Shown: one piece after another, positions 18,403-28,122 of the stretch
How positions within the stretch are numbered: the stretch's first letter is position 1
Layout of the letters: the number at the start of each line of letters is the position of its first letter
DNA from: Raineya sp.
Lineage (GTDB): Bacteria; Bacteroidota; Bacteroidia; Cytophagales; Thermonemataceae
Direction of reading: 5' to 3'
Assembly: GCA_025054975.1 (NCBI GenBank)
Contig: JANWZC010000001.1
Span: 1 to 38,261, forward strand
DNA: 38,261 nt
Translations under genes and position numbers: made by a program
The notes under the pieces: generated by a model
What the model was told of the DNA's origin: nothing
The model's database searches: none
Seen by the model: the letters and a program-made list of their open reading frames with translations, nothing else

Positions 18403-20886
18403 ATGATAAGAAAAAGTAAAAAAAATAATTCTGTTTTTCTGAATAATGAAGATAATAATACCAGCGTTGAAGTGATTCCTATTTTTGGGGAAAATTCTCC
18501 CAACTACAATGAGAAAGTTCCCGAAGAGATAGGCATTCTGCCTTTACGTAATACGGTACTCTATCCAGGTGTAGTAGTACCTGTTACAGTAAGCCGAAAG
18601 AAAGCTATTCGCTTAGTGAAGAAAGTCAGCAGGGGCGATAAAATGTTGGGAGTAGTAGCTCTGAAAAACCCAGGAGTAGAAGAACCTACGGCTCAAGATT
18701 TGTACTCTGTAGGCACGCTGGGGCATATTCTTAAAATTATCAATATGCCTGATGGTAGTATGACTATCATTGTGCAAGGGCGTGGGCGTTTTGAAATTCA
18801 ACAATTCTTGCGTGAAGAACCTTACTTTGTAGCTAAAATTCAAGGGCTTGCTGAAAACTTCCCTACGCATTACACGCGTGAAGTGAAAGCCTTAATGGCT
18901 TCGTTGAAAGATGCGGCGATTAAAATTCTCAAACTTAATCCTGATATACCCCAAGAGGCTCAGATTGCCGTAGATAATATTGAGTCGCTTGCTTTCCTAA
19001 CACACTTTTTAGCCTCCAACCTTAATGCCGAATTGCCTGAAAAACAATTGCTTTTGGAAATCAACGATGGCGTAGAAAGAGCTACCAAACTCTTGGAGTT
19101 TATGCTCCGAGAGATTCAAATTTTGGAATTAAAATTTGAAATACAGAGCAAAGCTCATTCTGATATAGAACAACAACAACGAGATTATTTCTTACGCCAA
19201 CAACTCAAAGTTTTGCAAGATGAACTCGGCGATGAAGCAGGAGGCGTAAAAATTGATGAACTTCGCCAAAGAGCGGCTCAAAAAAAATGGAATGAACAAG
19301 TTGCTAAACATTTTGAGCGAGAATTGGTACGCCTGCAACGTGCTAATCCTGCCTCTCCCGAATATGCTATCAATCTCAACTATATTGAATTGCTATTAGA
19401 TTTGCCTTGGGGAGAGTACTCTGAAGATAATTTAGACCTTCATAATGCCCAAAAAGTTTTAGATGAAGACCATTATGGATTAGAAAAAGTTAAAGAAAGA
19501 ATTTTAGAGTATTTGGCAGTATTGAAACTTAAAAAAGATTTACGAGGACCTATTTTATGCTTTTACGGACCTCCTGGCGTAGGAAAAACTTCACTAGGAC
19601 GCTCCATTGCAAGAGCTTTGGGCAGAAAATACGCAAGGATTTCTTTGGGAGGCTTGCACGATGAAGCCGAAATCCGAGGGCATCGCAAAACCTATATTGG
19701 GGCTATGCCTGGTAAATTTATTAGCAGTATCAAAAAGGCAGGCACTTCTAACCCTGTAATGATTTTAGATGAAATTGATAAAATCGGTGCAGACTATAAA
19801 GGAGACCCTGCCTCTGCTTTATTAGAGGTGCTTGACCCCGAACAAAATAGTACTTTTACCGATAATTATTTGGAGGTAGAATATGACCTCTCCAAAGTGC
19901 TATTCATTGCTACTGCTAATACCTTAGACACTATCCACCCCGCTTTGCGAGATAGAATGGAAATCATTGAGATAAGTGGCTATACTACCGAAGAAAAATT
20001 GGAAATTGCCAAAAAACACCTCATTCGCAAGCAAAGAGAAGAAAATGGCTTGAAAGCCAGTCAGATAAGTTTTACGGATAGTGCCATTCAGACTATCATT
20101 GAAAACTATACACGCGAATCAGGAGTGCGAAATTTAGAACGAAAAATTGGCACTATAATGCGTAAAGTAGCTAAATCAATAGCTTTACAAGAACCTTATA
20201 GCAAAAAAATTACACCTGCTGTGGTAGAACAACTTTTAGGCACTCCTATATTTGACAAAGAAACCTATGAAAATGAAGAAATTGCAGGCATTGTAACAGG
20301 ATTAGCTTGGACAGCCACAGGTGGCGAGATTCTTTTCGTGGAAGCCTCTTTGAGCCGTGGAAAAGGTAAATTGACTATCTCTGGACAACTCGGTGAGGTA
20401 ATGAAAGAGTCTGTTACGGCGGCTCTTTCTTACTTGAAGGCTCATTGTGATGAATATGGCATAGACCATCGTCTCTTTGAACAATACGACCTGCATATAC
20501 ACGTACCTGCGGGAGCTGTTCCCAAAGATGGTCCTTCAGCGGGAATTACCATTCTTACCGCACTTGCTTCTGCTTTTACGCAAAGAAAAGTCAAAGAAAA
20601 AATCGCAATGACAGGCGAAATTACTTTGCGTGGAAAAGTTCTACCCATCGGAGGCGTAAAAGAAAAACTTTTAGCCGCTATCAGAGCTGGTATCACAGAA
20701 GTGATTTTGCCCAAACGCAATGAAAAAGATGTCAAGGAAATTCCTGCTCATTACCTAAAAAAATTGAAGATTCATTATGTAGATACTGCCCAAGAAGTTT
20801 TGCAAATCGCATTGCTTCCTGAAAAAGTTGCTAATGCCATAGAATTAAAAGTGATTGAAAATGAAAAAGTTTTAGTAAATGATTGA
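18403..20886 (+). CDS. lon: ATP-dependent Lon protease
   Basis: ILPLRNTVLYPG, GPPGVGKTS, DEAEIRGHRKTYIGAMPG, PKDGPSAG (catalytic Ser), IGGVKEK. Confidence 0.99.
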   Translation: MIRKSKKNNSVFLNNEDNNTSVEVIPIFGENSPNYNEKVPEEIGILPLRNTVLYPGVVVPVTVSRKKAIRLVKKVSRGDKMLGVVALKNPGVEEPTAQDLYSVGTLGHILKIINMPDGSMTIIVQGRGRFEIQQFLREEPYFVAKIQGLAENFPTHYTREVKALMASLKDAAIKILKLNPDIPQEAQIAVDNIESLAFLTHFLASNLNAELPEKQLLLEINDGVERATKLLEFMLREIQILELKFEIQSKAHSDIEQQQRDYFLRQQLKVLQDELGDEAGGVKIDELRQRAAQKKWNEQVAKHFERELVRLQRANPASPEYAINLNYIELLLDLPWGEYSEDNLDLHNAQKVLDEDHYGLEKVKERILEYLAVLKLKKDLRGPILCFYGPPGVGKTSLGRSIARALGRKYARISLGGLHDEAEIRGHRKTYIGAMPGKFISSIKKAGTSNPVMILDEIDKIGADYKGDPASALLEVLDPEQNSTFTDNYLEVEYDLSKVLFIATANTLDTIHPALRDRMEIIEISGYTTEEKLEIAKKHLIRKQREENGLKASQISFTDSAIQTIIENYTRESGVRNLERKIGTIMRKVAKSIALQEPYSKKITPAVVEQLLGTPIFDKETYENEEIAGIVTGLAWTATGGEILFVEASLSRGKGKLTISGQLGEVMKESVTAALSYLKAHCDEYGIDHRLFEQYDLHIHVPAGAVPKDGPSAGITILTALASAFTQRKVKEKIAMTGEITLRGKVLPIGGVKEKLLAAIRAGITEVILPKRNEKDVKEIPAHYLKKLKIHYVDTAQEVLQIALLPEKVANAIELKVIENEKVLVND

Positions 20887-20905
20887 TTAGTAACTTTTTG
20901 TGGCA

Positions 20906-21751
20906 ATGAAACTTTTTTTTCATTTGCTTGCCAAACTGCCTTTGCGATTTTTGTATGTATTAGGTGATTTCTTTTACTTTTTAGCTTATTACATAATTGG
21001 TTATCGCAGAGAGGTAGTTTGGCAAAATTTACGAAATTCCTTTCCTGAAAAATCCGAAAAAGAATTAAAAACCATTCAAAAGCAGTTTTACAGGGGTTTG
21101 ATAGAGGTTTTTGTAGAAACTTTGAAGGTTTTAGCTATTTCTCCCCAAGAGTTAGAGCGAAGAGTACAAATTAGGGATTTGGAAAAACTTACGCAAAGAC
21201 TCGCCGAAGGCAAAACGGTACTGGTCTATGTAGCCCATTTATTCAATTGGGAGTGGCTTTCACTGATTTGTAACCTTAAACAAACTTATCCACTTTATTT
21301 TGTGTATCAGCCTTTGAGTAATCCTTTCTTTGATAAGCTCATGCTTGAAATACGTACTCGTTTTGGGGCAAAACCGCTTAAAATGCAAAATGTTCTCAAA
21401 GATGTTTTACAAAACCACACCGAAAGCAGGATAGTAGCCTTTCTTGCCGACCAAAGTCCTGCGGGTACGGAAAAAGACCATTGGACCACTTTTTTGAATC
21501 AAGATACTGCCTTTTTTGCAGGTGTAGAAAAAATTGCTACTAAATTAGGCTTGCCTGTACTTTTTGGGGGCGTAAGGAAACTTCAAAGAGGTTATTATGA
21601 ATTGTATTTTGAAGAAATCTATCACCCCCAACAACAGCCTAATTCTGCCATTACAGAAACTTACGTAAGACTTTTAGAAAAACAAATTCAAGAAACACCT
21701 CCTAATTGGCTCTGGTCGCACAAACGGTGGAAAAAGAAAAGAAATTTTTGA
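20906..21751 (+). CDS. Lipid A biosynthesis acyltransferase (LpxL/HtrB family)
   Basis: YRREVVWQNLRNSFPE, HLFNWE, FLADQSP, NWLWSHKRWK. Start is ATG 20906 or GTG 20900. Confidence 0.9.
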   Translation: MKLFFHLLAKLPLRFLYVLGDFFYFLAYYIIGYRREVVWQNLRNSFPEKSEKELKTIQKQFYRGLIEVFVETLKVLAISPQELERRVQIRDLEKLTQRLAEGKTVLVYVAHLFNWEWLSLICNLKQTYPLYFVYQPLSNPFFDKLMLEIRTRFGAKPLKMQNVLKDVLQNHTESRIVAFLADQSPAGTEKDHWTTFLNQDTAFFAGVEKIATKLGLPVLFGGVRKLQRGYYELYFEEIYHPQQQPNSAITETYVRLLEKQIQETPPNWLWSHKRWKKKRNF

Positions 21752-21821
21752 AAAAATTTGTTTGGCAAATTTTTTGTGTTAAATTTGCTGTCCTTTTGTG
21801 TTAATTCAATGTTAAAAAGCT

Positions 21822-22691
21822 ATGAAACTGCAATTTATTATCAATCCAATTTCAGGAGGAAAATCTAAAAAAAGAGTAATAGAGGCTTTGGAAAAGCACT
21901 TCCCCCAAAGTGAGTATGATATTGCTATTAACTTCACAGAAAGGGAAAAACATGCCACTGAACTTACACAAAAGGCTTTGGAAAAGAATGTTGATGTAGT
22001 AGTAGCCGTAGGCGGCGATGGCACTATCAATGAAGTAGCACAAGCTCTAATAGGTTCGGAAGTGCCTTTGGGTATTATTCCGTATGGCTCGGGCAATGGC
22101 TTGGCTCGCCACCTAAATATGTATGCCTCTCCTGAAAAAGCCGTAGAGATAATTAAAAAGTTTAATCCACAGAAAATTGATACTTGTGTTATCAATGAAA
22201 ACCCTTTCCTTTGCACATCAGGAGTAGGTTTTGATGCTTATGTGAGCAGTCTTTTTGCACAAGCAGGCAAAAGAGGTTTTCAAACTTACGTAGAAAGCAC
22301 TTTGAAAGCCTTTTTCCACTATAAGCCTGAAACCTACCTTTTGGAAACTGAAAAAGGTACTATGGAAATAGAGGCATTTTCCGTTACTTTTGCTAATGCT
22401 TCACAATACGGCAATAATGCTTTCATAGCTCCCCAAGCCAATATTCAAGATGGCTGGCTTGATGTATGCGTACTTATGCCTTTTCCGAAATGGCAAATGC
22501 CTAAAATTGGCTTGGATTTGTTCTTGAAAAATCTACCCAAAACAAAGTATTATCAAAGTTTTAAGACTAAAAGTGTAAAACTCAAACGTTCTCGGGCAGG
22601 AGCAGTACATTTAGACGGCGAAAATTATGCCTTAGGCGAAGAATTAAATGTAACTATTCAACCGCAGAGTTTGAAGGTTTTGGTAGCATAG
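21822..22691 (+). CDS. Diacylglycerol kinase family lipid kinase (YegS/DgkB-like)
   Basis: IINPISG, VGGDGTINE, IPYGSGNGLAR, GVGFDA, HLDGE. Upstream TTTG-N19-TAAATTTG at 21757-21787. Confidence 0.93.
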   Translation: MKLQFIINPISGGKSKKRVIEALEKHFPQSEYDIAINFTEREKHATELTQKALEKNVDVVVAVGGDGTINEVAQALIGSEVPLGIIPYGSGNGLARHLNMYASPEKAVEIIKKFNPQKIDTCVINENPFLCTSGVGFDAYVSSLFAQAGKRGFQTYVESTLKAFFHYKPETYLLETEKGTMEIEAFSVTFANASQYGNNAFIAPQANIQDGWLDVCVLMPFPKWQMPKIGLDLFLKNLPKTKYYQSFKTKSVKLKRSRAGAVHLDGENYALGEELNVTIQPQSLKVLVA

Positions 22692-22727
22692 TATAGAGGA
22701 AGATTAAACTTTTTGAGCATAAATATT

Positions 22728-24263
22728 TTACTGCCCTTGATGAGCGGGTAAGGTAAAAGTAAAAGTTGAACCTTTACCCACTTCGCTAATTGCATAAATT
22801 GTACCACCGCTTTTTTCTACAAATTCTTTGGAAAGCACTAATCCCAAGCCTGTACCTTTTTCCCCCAAAGTTCCTGAGGTAATATGCTTATTATTCCACT
22901 GAAAGAGATTTTTCAAAGCAGTAGGCTCAATACCAACTCCTGTATCACTTACAGAAATTTCTACAAAATTACCTTTGTTTTTAGCACTTACTTTGATTTC
23001 CCCTCCCGAAGGAGTAAATTTCATAGCATTAGAAACCAAATTCCGAATAACTAAATCAGTATAGTTCGGGTCGGCATACACCATGCTATTCTTGGGAATA
23101 GCATATTTGAGCGTGATGTTTTTAGATTGAGCATAAACTTTGAAAAGTTTGAGTTGGCGGTCAATGAGGTCGCGTAAATCAAAAGGTTTAGGTTCAAAAG
23201 TCATTTCTTGCATTTGCACTTTTGCCCACGAAAGTAAATTACTGATGAAATCGAACAGTCCGTCAATAGATTTATCTAAATCTTGTGCGGTTTTTTGTAT
23301 TTCTTCTTGGGTAAGTTTATCTGAAAATTTAGTCAGCAGACCTACCATAGCTTTCAGCGAATTAAGCGGACTTTTGAGGTCATGGACAATAATAGAAAAA
23401 AACTTATCTTTCATCAGATTTGCCTCTCGCAACTCATGTTGTGATTTGAGTAGATCGGCATTGGTTTTGGCTAAATTTTCAGCATTCAAGCGGAGTTGAT
23501 TTTCATTAGCTTTTATTCTGTCGTAAGCCTCTTGCAGACTTTTATTTTTTGACTCAATTTCTTTGACGTAAGCATTGATGGTATTCACAGCTGGTCGGAA
23601 AACAAATAAGGCTTCAGCAAGCAAAACGAGCAGAGTAAACACAGTGAGCCAAAATTCTACTTTACCCCAATAAGCAATTTCTTCGGCGGCTTTTTGGTCA
23701 TAAGCAAAACTTAAATCCAACATTTTATTAGAAAAATCGCGAGCCGTTTCCGTAATTTGAGGTTGTATATTTCTGACTTTTGTAAAAAACAAAGTGCTAT
23801 CTTTGAGCAGAACATCTTTACCCATTTGCAAAATTTCTTTGATAGATTTGCTAAAAGGCTCGTAGTACAGGTCGGTATTTTGGAAATCTGCTTTGATTTC
23901 TTCGGTATTAAAGTCTTTGTTTAAGCCATAGTCTTCATCGCCTTCTTTCAATCCTTTGTAGGCTTTTTGTAAGAGTTCAAAATCAAATTCAATCTGTTCT
24001 AAGATAGTACGAGCTGAGTCAATGGTAGGAACTTTTGAAATAAGCAAGGTTTGCAAGGCAATTTGTTGAGCATAAGTAGCACAAGCTCCATTGAAATTTA
24101 TCATTCTACCAATGTGAGAGCGTTTATCTGATGGGTCGGTAGGATCAGAAACTAAATTTTCATTTACAAAAATATAACTCAGTATAGTTACCAATGCAAT
24201 AATGCTTAAAGCAGTGATATAAATAATAGTCAGGCGTTTGGAAACGTTGTAATTATCCTTCAT
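22728..24263 (-). CDS. Sensor histidine kinase with PilJ/NarX-like periplasmic domain
   Basis: Two TM segments, coiled coil, H-box FFSIIVHDLKSPL, N-box NLVSNAMKF, DTGVG, GTGLGL, GKGSTFTF. Confidence 0.92.
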   Translation of the reverse strand: MKDNYNVSKRLTIIYITALSIIALVTILSYIFVNENLVSDPTDPSDKRSHIGRMINFNGACATYAQQIALQTLLISKVPTIDSARTILEQIEFDFELLQKAYKGLKEGDEDYGLNKDFNTEEIKADFQNTDLYYEPFSKSIKEILQMGKDVLLKDSTLFFTKVRNIQPQITETARDFSNKMLDLSFAYDQKAAEEIAYWGKVEFWLTVFTLLVLLAEALFVFRPAVNTINAYVKEIESKNKSLQEAYDRIKANENQLRLNAENLAKTNADLLKSQHELREANLMKDKFFSIIVHDLKSPLNSLKAMVGLLTKFSDKLTQEEIQKTAQDLDKSIDGLFDFISNLLSWAKVQMQEMTFEPKPFDLRDLIDRQLKLFKVYAQSKNITLKYAIPKNSMVYADPNYTDLVIRNLVSNAMKFTPSGGEIKVSAKNKGNFVEISVSDTGVGIEPTALKNLFQWNNKHITSGTLGEKGTGLGLVLSKEFVEKSGGTIYAISEVGKGSTFTFTLPAHQGQ

Positions 24264-24356
24264 TTTGAAAAAATTTACTACTTAAAAGACAAAATTACAA
24301 ATCTTTTGTAGAAAAGAAAGAAAATTTTGGCAGGATTTGAAAGATAAGTAAAGAAG

Positions 24357-24468
24357 TTTTGGGGGTAGGCGGACGCGGAGCCCCAAAAACAAAAAAAATT
24401 TTGTGCTCGTTTATACTCTATATTATAGCTTGTTGTGGGTCTGCCCCTCCGCCTACGCCCAACCCGCA
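24357..24468. repeat. GC-rich imperfect inverted-repeat element (REP/MITE-like)
   Basis: ttgggggtaggcgga (24359-24373) versus tccgcctacgcccaa (24448-24462): 14/15 complementary, with a weaker inward extension and an AT-rich core. Confidence 0.6.
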
Positions 24469-24482
24469 AAACCAACATATTT

Positions 24483-25286
24483 TTATTTTTTCAGAAACTG
24501 TTCGGTGCGATTATCAAACGAAATGAAATATACACCTCGTGGTAAATTACTCACATCTACTTCTTTTCCTTTACCTTTTTTTACTACTTCTTTTTTATTA
24601 TTACTTATTTCGTAGCTTACATCAGCAGTAAAGTAGATTTTATTACTCACATTACGAGGATAAAATTTCACCATACCTTGTGTAAAGCTATAATCTAAAA
24701 TATCAGAGTATGTTATCTGACCGCTTCTTTCTTGATGTTTAATGCGATATTTGTTCAAGCCTACATTATGAGTAATAGGGTAAGTATAGGTATTGGTAAT
24801 CTGCGGATTTTGGGCTTGTATAGTTGTTACATTTGTCCAATTATTATTTACCATTCGCTCTACATAATATACGCTATTAGCTGTTTCGCCCTCTACCGAC
24901 CAATTTAAGTTTTTTTCATCGGCAGTGAAGCTAATAAACTTAAAGTTGCCTTGTCCTTTAAGTACCCAAGGGTTGATTATTTTAGGCTTACAACCTTCGG
25001 AATGGACTATCTTAATTTCCACAGAATTACCAATAGAAAATGCTGCTAAATTAACTTCAAACGAACTTGTACGTGGGTTTCTGACAATTAGATTTCCATT
25101 CAGATAAACGGCTTGAATACAGTAGTTTTTTTGGTCATTAGTGAGGGGATTATGAATATACACATTTTTACCTTGATACGTTCCTTTTACAATAATCTCT
25201 TGCGAAAAAACCACAAGAGACTGCATCCACAAGCCTATAAACAATCCAAAATAATAGCAAGTTTTCATATTAGAAGCCAAAAACAA
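24483..25286 (-). CDS. Secreted protein with T9SS type-A-like C-terminal sorting domain
   Basis: Signal peptide (VFSQ); C-terminal KFYP...VDVSNLPRGVYFI...EQFLKK; YRIKHQERSGQITYS linker typical of T9SS cargo. True start may be 18 nt downstream (MKTCY). Confidence 0.75.
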   Translation of the reverse strand: MFLASNMKTCYYFGLFIGLWMQSLVVFSQEIIVKGTYQGKNVYIHNPLTNDQKNYCIQAVYLNGNLIVRNPRTSSFEVNLAAFSIGNSVEIKIVHSEGCKPKIINPWVLKGQGNFKFISFTADEKNLNWSVEGETANSVYYVERMVNNNWTNVTTIQAQNPQITNTYTYPITHNVGLNKYRIKHQERSGQITYSDILDYSFTQGMVKFYPRNVSNKIYFTADVSYEISNNKKEVVKKGKGKEVDVSNLPRGVYFISFDNRTEQFLKK

Positions 25287-25458
25287 AAAAAAATCAGTTA
25301 TGATTATGCAGCAAAGCTAAAATTTTTGTACTAAATTTGCTACAAAAGTGTAAAATATTTGAAAAGATTGCAACAAAATTATTATTTTATCTCCAAAACA
25401 AAATGCTTTTTTGATAAAAATAAACAAGTACCAAAGAAAATTTTTCCAAAAAAATTGT

Positions 25459-26676
25459 ATGATAGAAAAGAAAAATTACATTCACACCTCTCCCAAAAAG
25501 GAAAAAGCTGTACTTGCCGCAATTCATACACCTAACCAAAGTCGTGAGCAAACCCAAGAATATTTAGATGAGCTTGCTTTCTTGGCTGAAACCGCAAATG
25601 TAGAAGTTGTAAAACGTTTTGTCCAAAATCTGCAAAAAATTGATGCCAAAACTTTTTTGGGCAAAGGGAAAGTTTTAGAAATAGCCGACTTTGTGCAGAA
25701 AAATAATATAGATACGGTTATCTTTGATGATGAACTTACGCCTTCACAAGTAAAGCACTTGGAAGCTATTTTGAAATGTAAAATTTTAGATAGAAGCCTT
25801 TTGATACTCAACATTTTTGCCCAAAGGGCACAAACCGCCCAAGCCAAAATTCAAGTAGAATTAGCACAATATCAGTATCTTTTGCCACGTCTTACACGTA
25901 TGTGGTCGCACTTGAGCAAACAACGCGGAGGTGTAGGTATGAGAGGACCCGGAGAGAAAGAATTAGAAACCGACCGCCGTATTGTCAATGATAAAATTGC
26001 CTTGCTCAAAGAAAAACTCGCTCACATAGAACGTCAAAGTCAAACTCGCCGAAAAGCACGTAATTCTATGGTGAGAGTAGCTTTGGTGGGTTATACCAAT
26101 GTAGGTAAATCTACTTTAATGAACCTGCTTTCCAAAAGTAATGTATTTGCAGAAAACAAACTTTTTGCTACCGTAGATTCCACAGTGCGTAAGGTAGTGT
26201 GGAATAGAATACCTTTCTTGCTTTCTGACACCGTAGGATTTATTCGCAAATTGCCCACCACACTCATAGAATGTTTCAAATCTACCCTTGCCGAAATTGT
26301 AGAAGCTGATATTCTGCTTCACGTAGTTGATATTTCTCACCCTTCATATCAAGAACAAATGCAAGTAGTCATGCAAACCCTTACCGAAATTAAAGCCGTA
26401 GATAAGAAAATTATTGTTGTTTTCAACAAAATTGATTTATTGCGTGAAAAAATTTATCAAGAAGCCATTCCTGATGAAGCCCCTTTTCATCTTCAAGAAA
26501 TTTATGCCCAAAACCAAGGTAATCATAGTATTTTCATTTCCGCAAGCCGACACGAAAATATTGATGCCCTAAGACAAATGATTTTTGAAGCTGTTTCGGA
26601 GCGTTATTTTCAAATTTACCCTCACAATACAGAAGCATTTTTGCAAGAATTCTTAATGAGTCATAATTTTGAGTAA
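25459..26676 (+). CDS. hflX: GTPase HflX
   Basis: RGPGEKELETDRR, GYTNVGKST, LFATVD, DTVGFI, NKID. ATG 25459. Confidence 0.98.
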   Translation: MIEKKNYIHTSPKKEKAVLAAIHTPNQSREQTQEYLDELAFLAETANVEVVKRFVQNLQKIDAKTFLGKGKVLEIADFVQKNNIDTVIFDDELTPSQVKHLEAILKCKILDRSLLILNIFAQRAQTAQAKIQVELAQYQYLLPRLTRMWSHLSKQRGGVGMRGPGEKELETDRRIVNDKIALLKEKLAHIERQSQTRRKARNSMVRVALVGYTNVGKSTLMNLLSKSNVFAENKLFATVDSTVRKVVWNRIPFLLSDTVGFIRKLPTTLIECFKSTLAEIVEADILLHVVDISHPSYQEQMQVVMQTLTEIKAVDKKIIVVFNKIDLLREKIYQEAIPDEAPFHLQEIYAQNQGNHSIFISASRHENIDALRQMIFEAVSERYFQIYPHNTEAFLQEFLMSHNFE

Positions 26677-26743
26677 GACTACAAATTAAGCATTTTGCAT
26701 ACAAGGTTCAAAGCTGAAAACCTGGGCATCTATTTTTCAAATC

Positions 26744-26864
26744 TTGTCATTTTTTGTCATTTTGGAAAAACTCTGACAAAGCTAAAAAAAAAGATTATGC
26801 CATATTCAAAATATGATAATGGATTGTTGTAAATTAGTTGTAAATTAAGAATTTTCTAATTTTG
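26744..26864 (+). promoter_or_regulatory. Tandem direct repeats plus -7 promoter box
   Basis: ttgtcatttt twice (26744-26763), gttgtaaatta twice (26826-26847), TAATTTTG (26857-26864). Confidence 0.5.
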
Positions 26865-26940
26865 CTTTCGGAAACTTTTAGTTTTCAAAATATAATTGAT
26901 TTGTCTATATTTACATTCTCGCTTCTAACTTTATAATCTT

Positions 26941-27525
26941 GTGCTAAACGAAGATTTTTGGACACAACGCTATCAAAATCAGCAAATAGGCTGGGATATT
27001 GGTTATATTTCTACGCCTTTGCAGAGTTATTTTCAGCAGCTTACTCGTAAAGACCTTCGCATACTTATTCCTGGTTGCGGCAATGCGTATGAAGCTGAAT
27101 TTTTAGTAAAAAATGATTTTCAGGATATTACTCTGGTAGATATTTCAGGATTTTTAGTAGAAAATTTGAAAAAACGTTTTCAAGCCTATCCCCAGGTTCG
27201 TATTTATCATTCAGATTTTTTTCAGCACGTAGGCGAATATGATTTAATTGTAGAACAGACCTTTTTTTGTGCCATAACCCCTGATTTACGAGCCTTATAC
27301 GCTCAAAAAATGTATGAATTACTTGCTGAAAATGGAAAATTAGTAGGTGTACTTTTTGATAGAGAATTTGAGCAAAGTCCTCCTTTTGGAGGTAGTCGGG
27401 CTGAGTATATCAATTATTTTCAGCCATATTTCAATTTCAAAGTGTTTGAAACTTGCTATAATTCCATTCCTCCGAGGGCTGGTTCGGAGTTGTTTATGAT
27501 TTTGCAGAAGAAAAATCATAAATAG
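26941..27525 (+). CDS. SAM-dependent methyltransferase, TPMT / thiol-halide methyltransferase family
   Basis: FWTQRY...GWDIG, ILIPGCG, EQTFFCA, PPFGG. GTG start. Confidence 0.9.
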   Translation: MLNEDFWTQRYQNQQIGWDIGYISTPLQSYFQQLTRKDLRILIPGCGNAYEAEFLVKNDFQDITLVDISGFLVENLKKRFQAYPQVRIYHSDFFQHVGEYDLIVEQTFFCAITPDLRALYAQKMYELLAENGKLVGVLFDREFEQSPPFGGSRAEYINYFQPYFNFKVFETCYNSIPPRAGSELFMILQKKNHK

Positions 27526-28084
27526 CCTGAGGAGTAATACAGAAATCTAATGGAACATCAAAATCATCTATATCGCTAATAGGCTCATCAAGGACATCAA
27601 ACAAAGAAATTCCTACTTTGAGAGCTTGAGGGCATTGTGCTAAAAATTTATCGTAAAATCCCTTTCCATAGCCTACTCGGTAGCCTTTTTCATCAAAAGC
27701 TAATAGCGGAATAAGTATCATATCAATCTCTGAGAGGTTTTCAAATGGTTGGGCAGAGATAGGTTCAGGTACGCCCCAAGCATTTTCTTGCAAAAAAGTG
27801 TGAGCAGTAAAAATGTAATGCGAAAGGGTGTAATCGTGTATATGTGTGCGTGAAATCAGTAGAGTAACTTGTGGTTTTTCTTGCCAAATCCAATGAATAA
27901 AATCCCATAAATTAGGTTCTTTTTGTTTCTGAATAGGCAGAAACAAGTGTAAAAATTTTATTTTTTCCAACTTTTCCCATTGCCAAAGTTTTTCCGTGAT
28001 GGCTCTGCTTTTTAGCCTCCATTCAGTTTCCGAAAGATTTTGTCTTTTTTGTTTGTAGATACTACGAATTTCTTTTTTCAGCAT
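27494..28084 (-). CDS. 5-formyltetrahydrofolate cyclo-ligase
   Basis: KKEIR, WGVPEP, ILIPLLAFDEKGYRVGYGKGFYD. ATG 28084 preferred. Confidence 0.93.
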   Translation of the reverse strand: MLKKEIRSIYKQKRQNLSETEWRLKSRAITEKLWQWEKLEKIKFLHLFLPIQKQKEPNLWDFIHWIWQEKPQVTLLISRTHIHDYTLSHYIFTAHTFLQENAWGVPEPISAQPFENLSEIDMILIPLLAFDEKGYRVGYGKGFYDKFLAQCPQALKVGISLFDVLDEPISDIDDFDVPLDFCITPQAIYDFSSAKS

Positions 28085-28089
28085 AAGAA

Positions 28090-28122
28090 ACACAAAAACA
28101 GGCATAGAATTACCATGCCTGT
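28090..28122 (-). terminator. Intrinsic terminator downstream of the lipoprotein gene
   Basis: Minus strand acaggcatgg-taatt-ctatgcctgt followed by ttttgtgttt. Confidence 0.65.

Noticed and set aside
24278-24615. ORFs 24278-24478 (-) and 24403-24615 (+)
   Set aside because: By-products of the GC-rich repeat and of antisense overlap; no credible start context.
26785-26803. Minus-strand TGGCATA as a sigma54 promoter
   Set aside because: No -12 TTG(C/A) element at the required spacing and no gene to drive.
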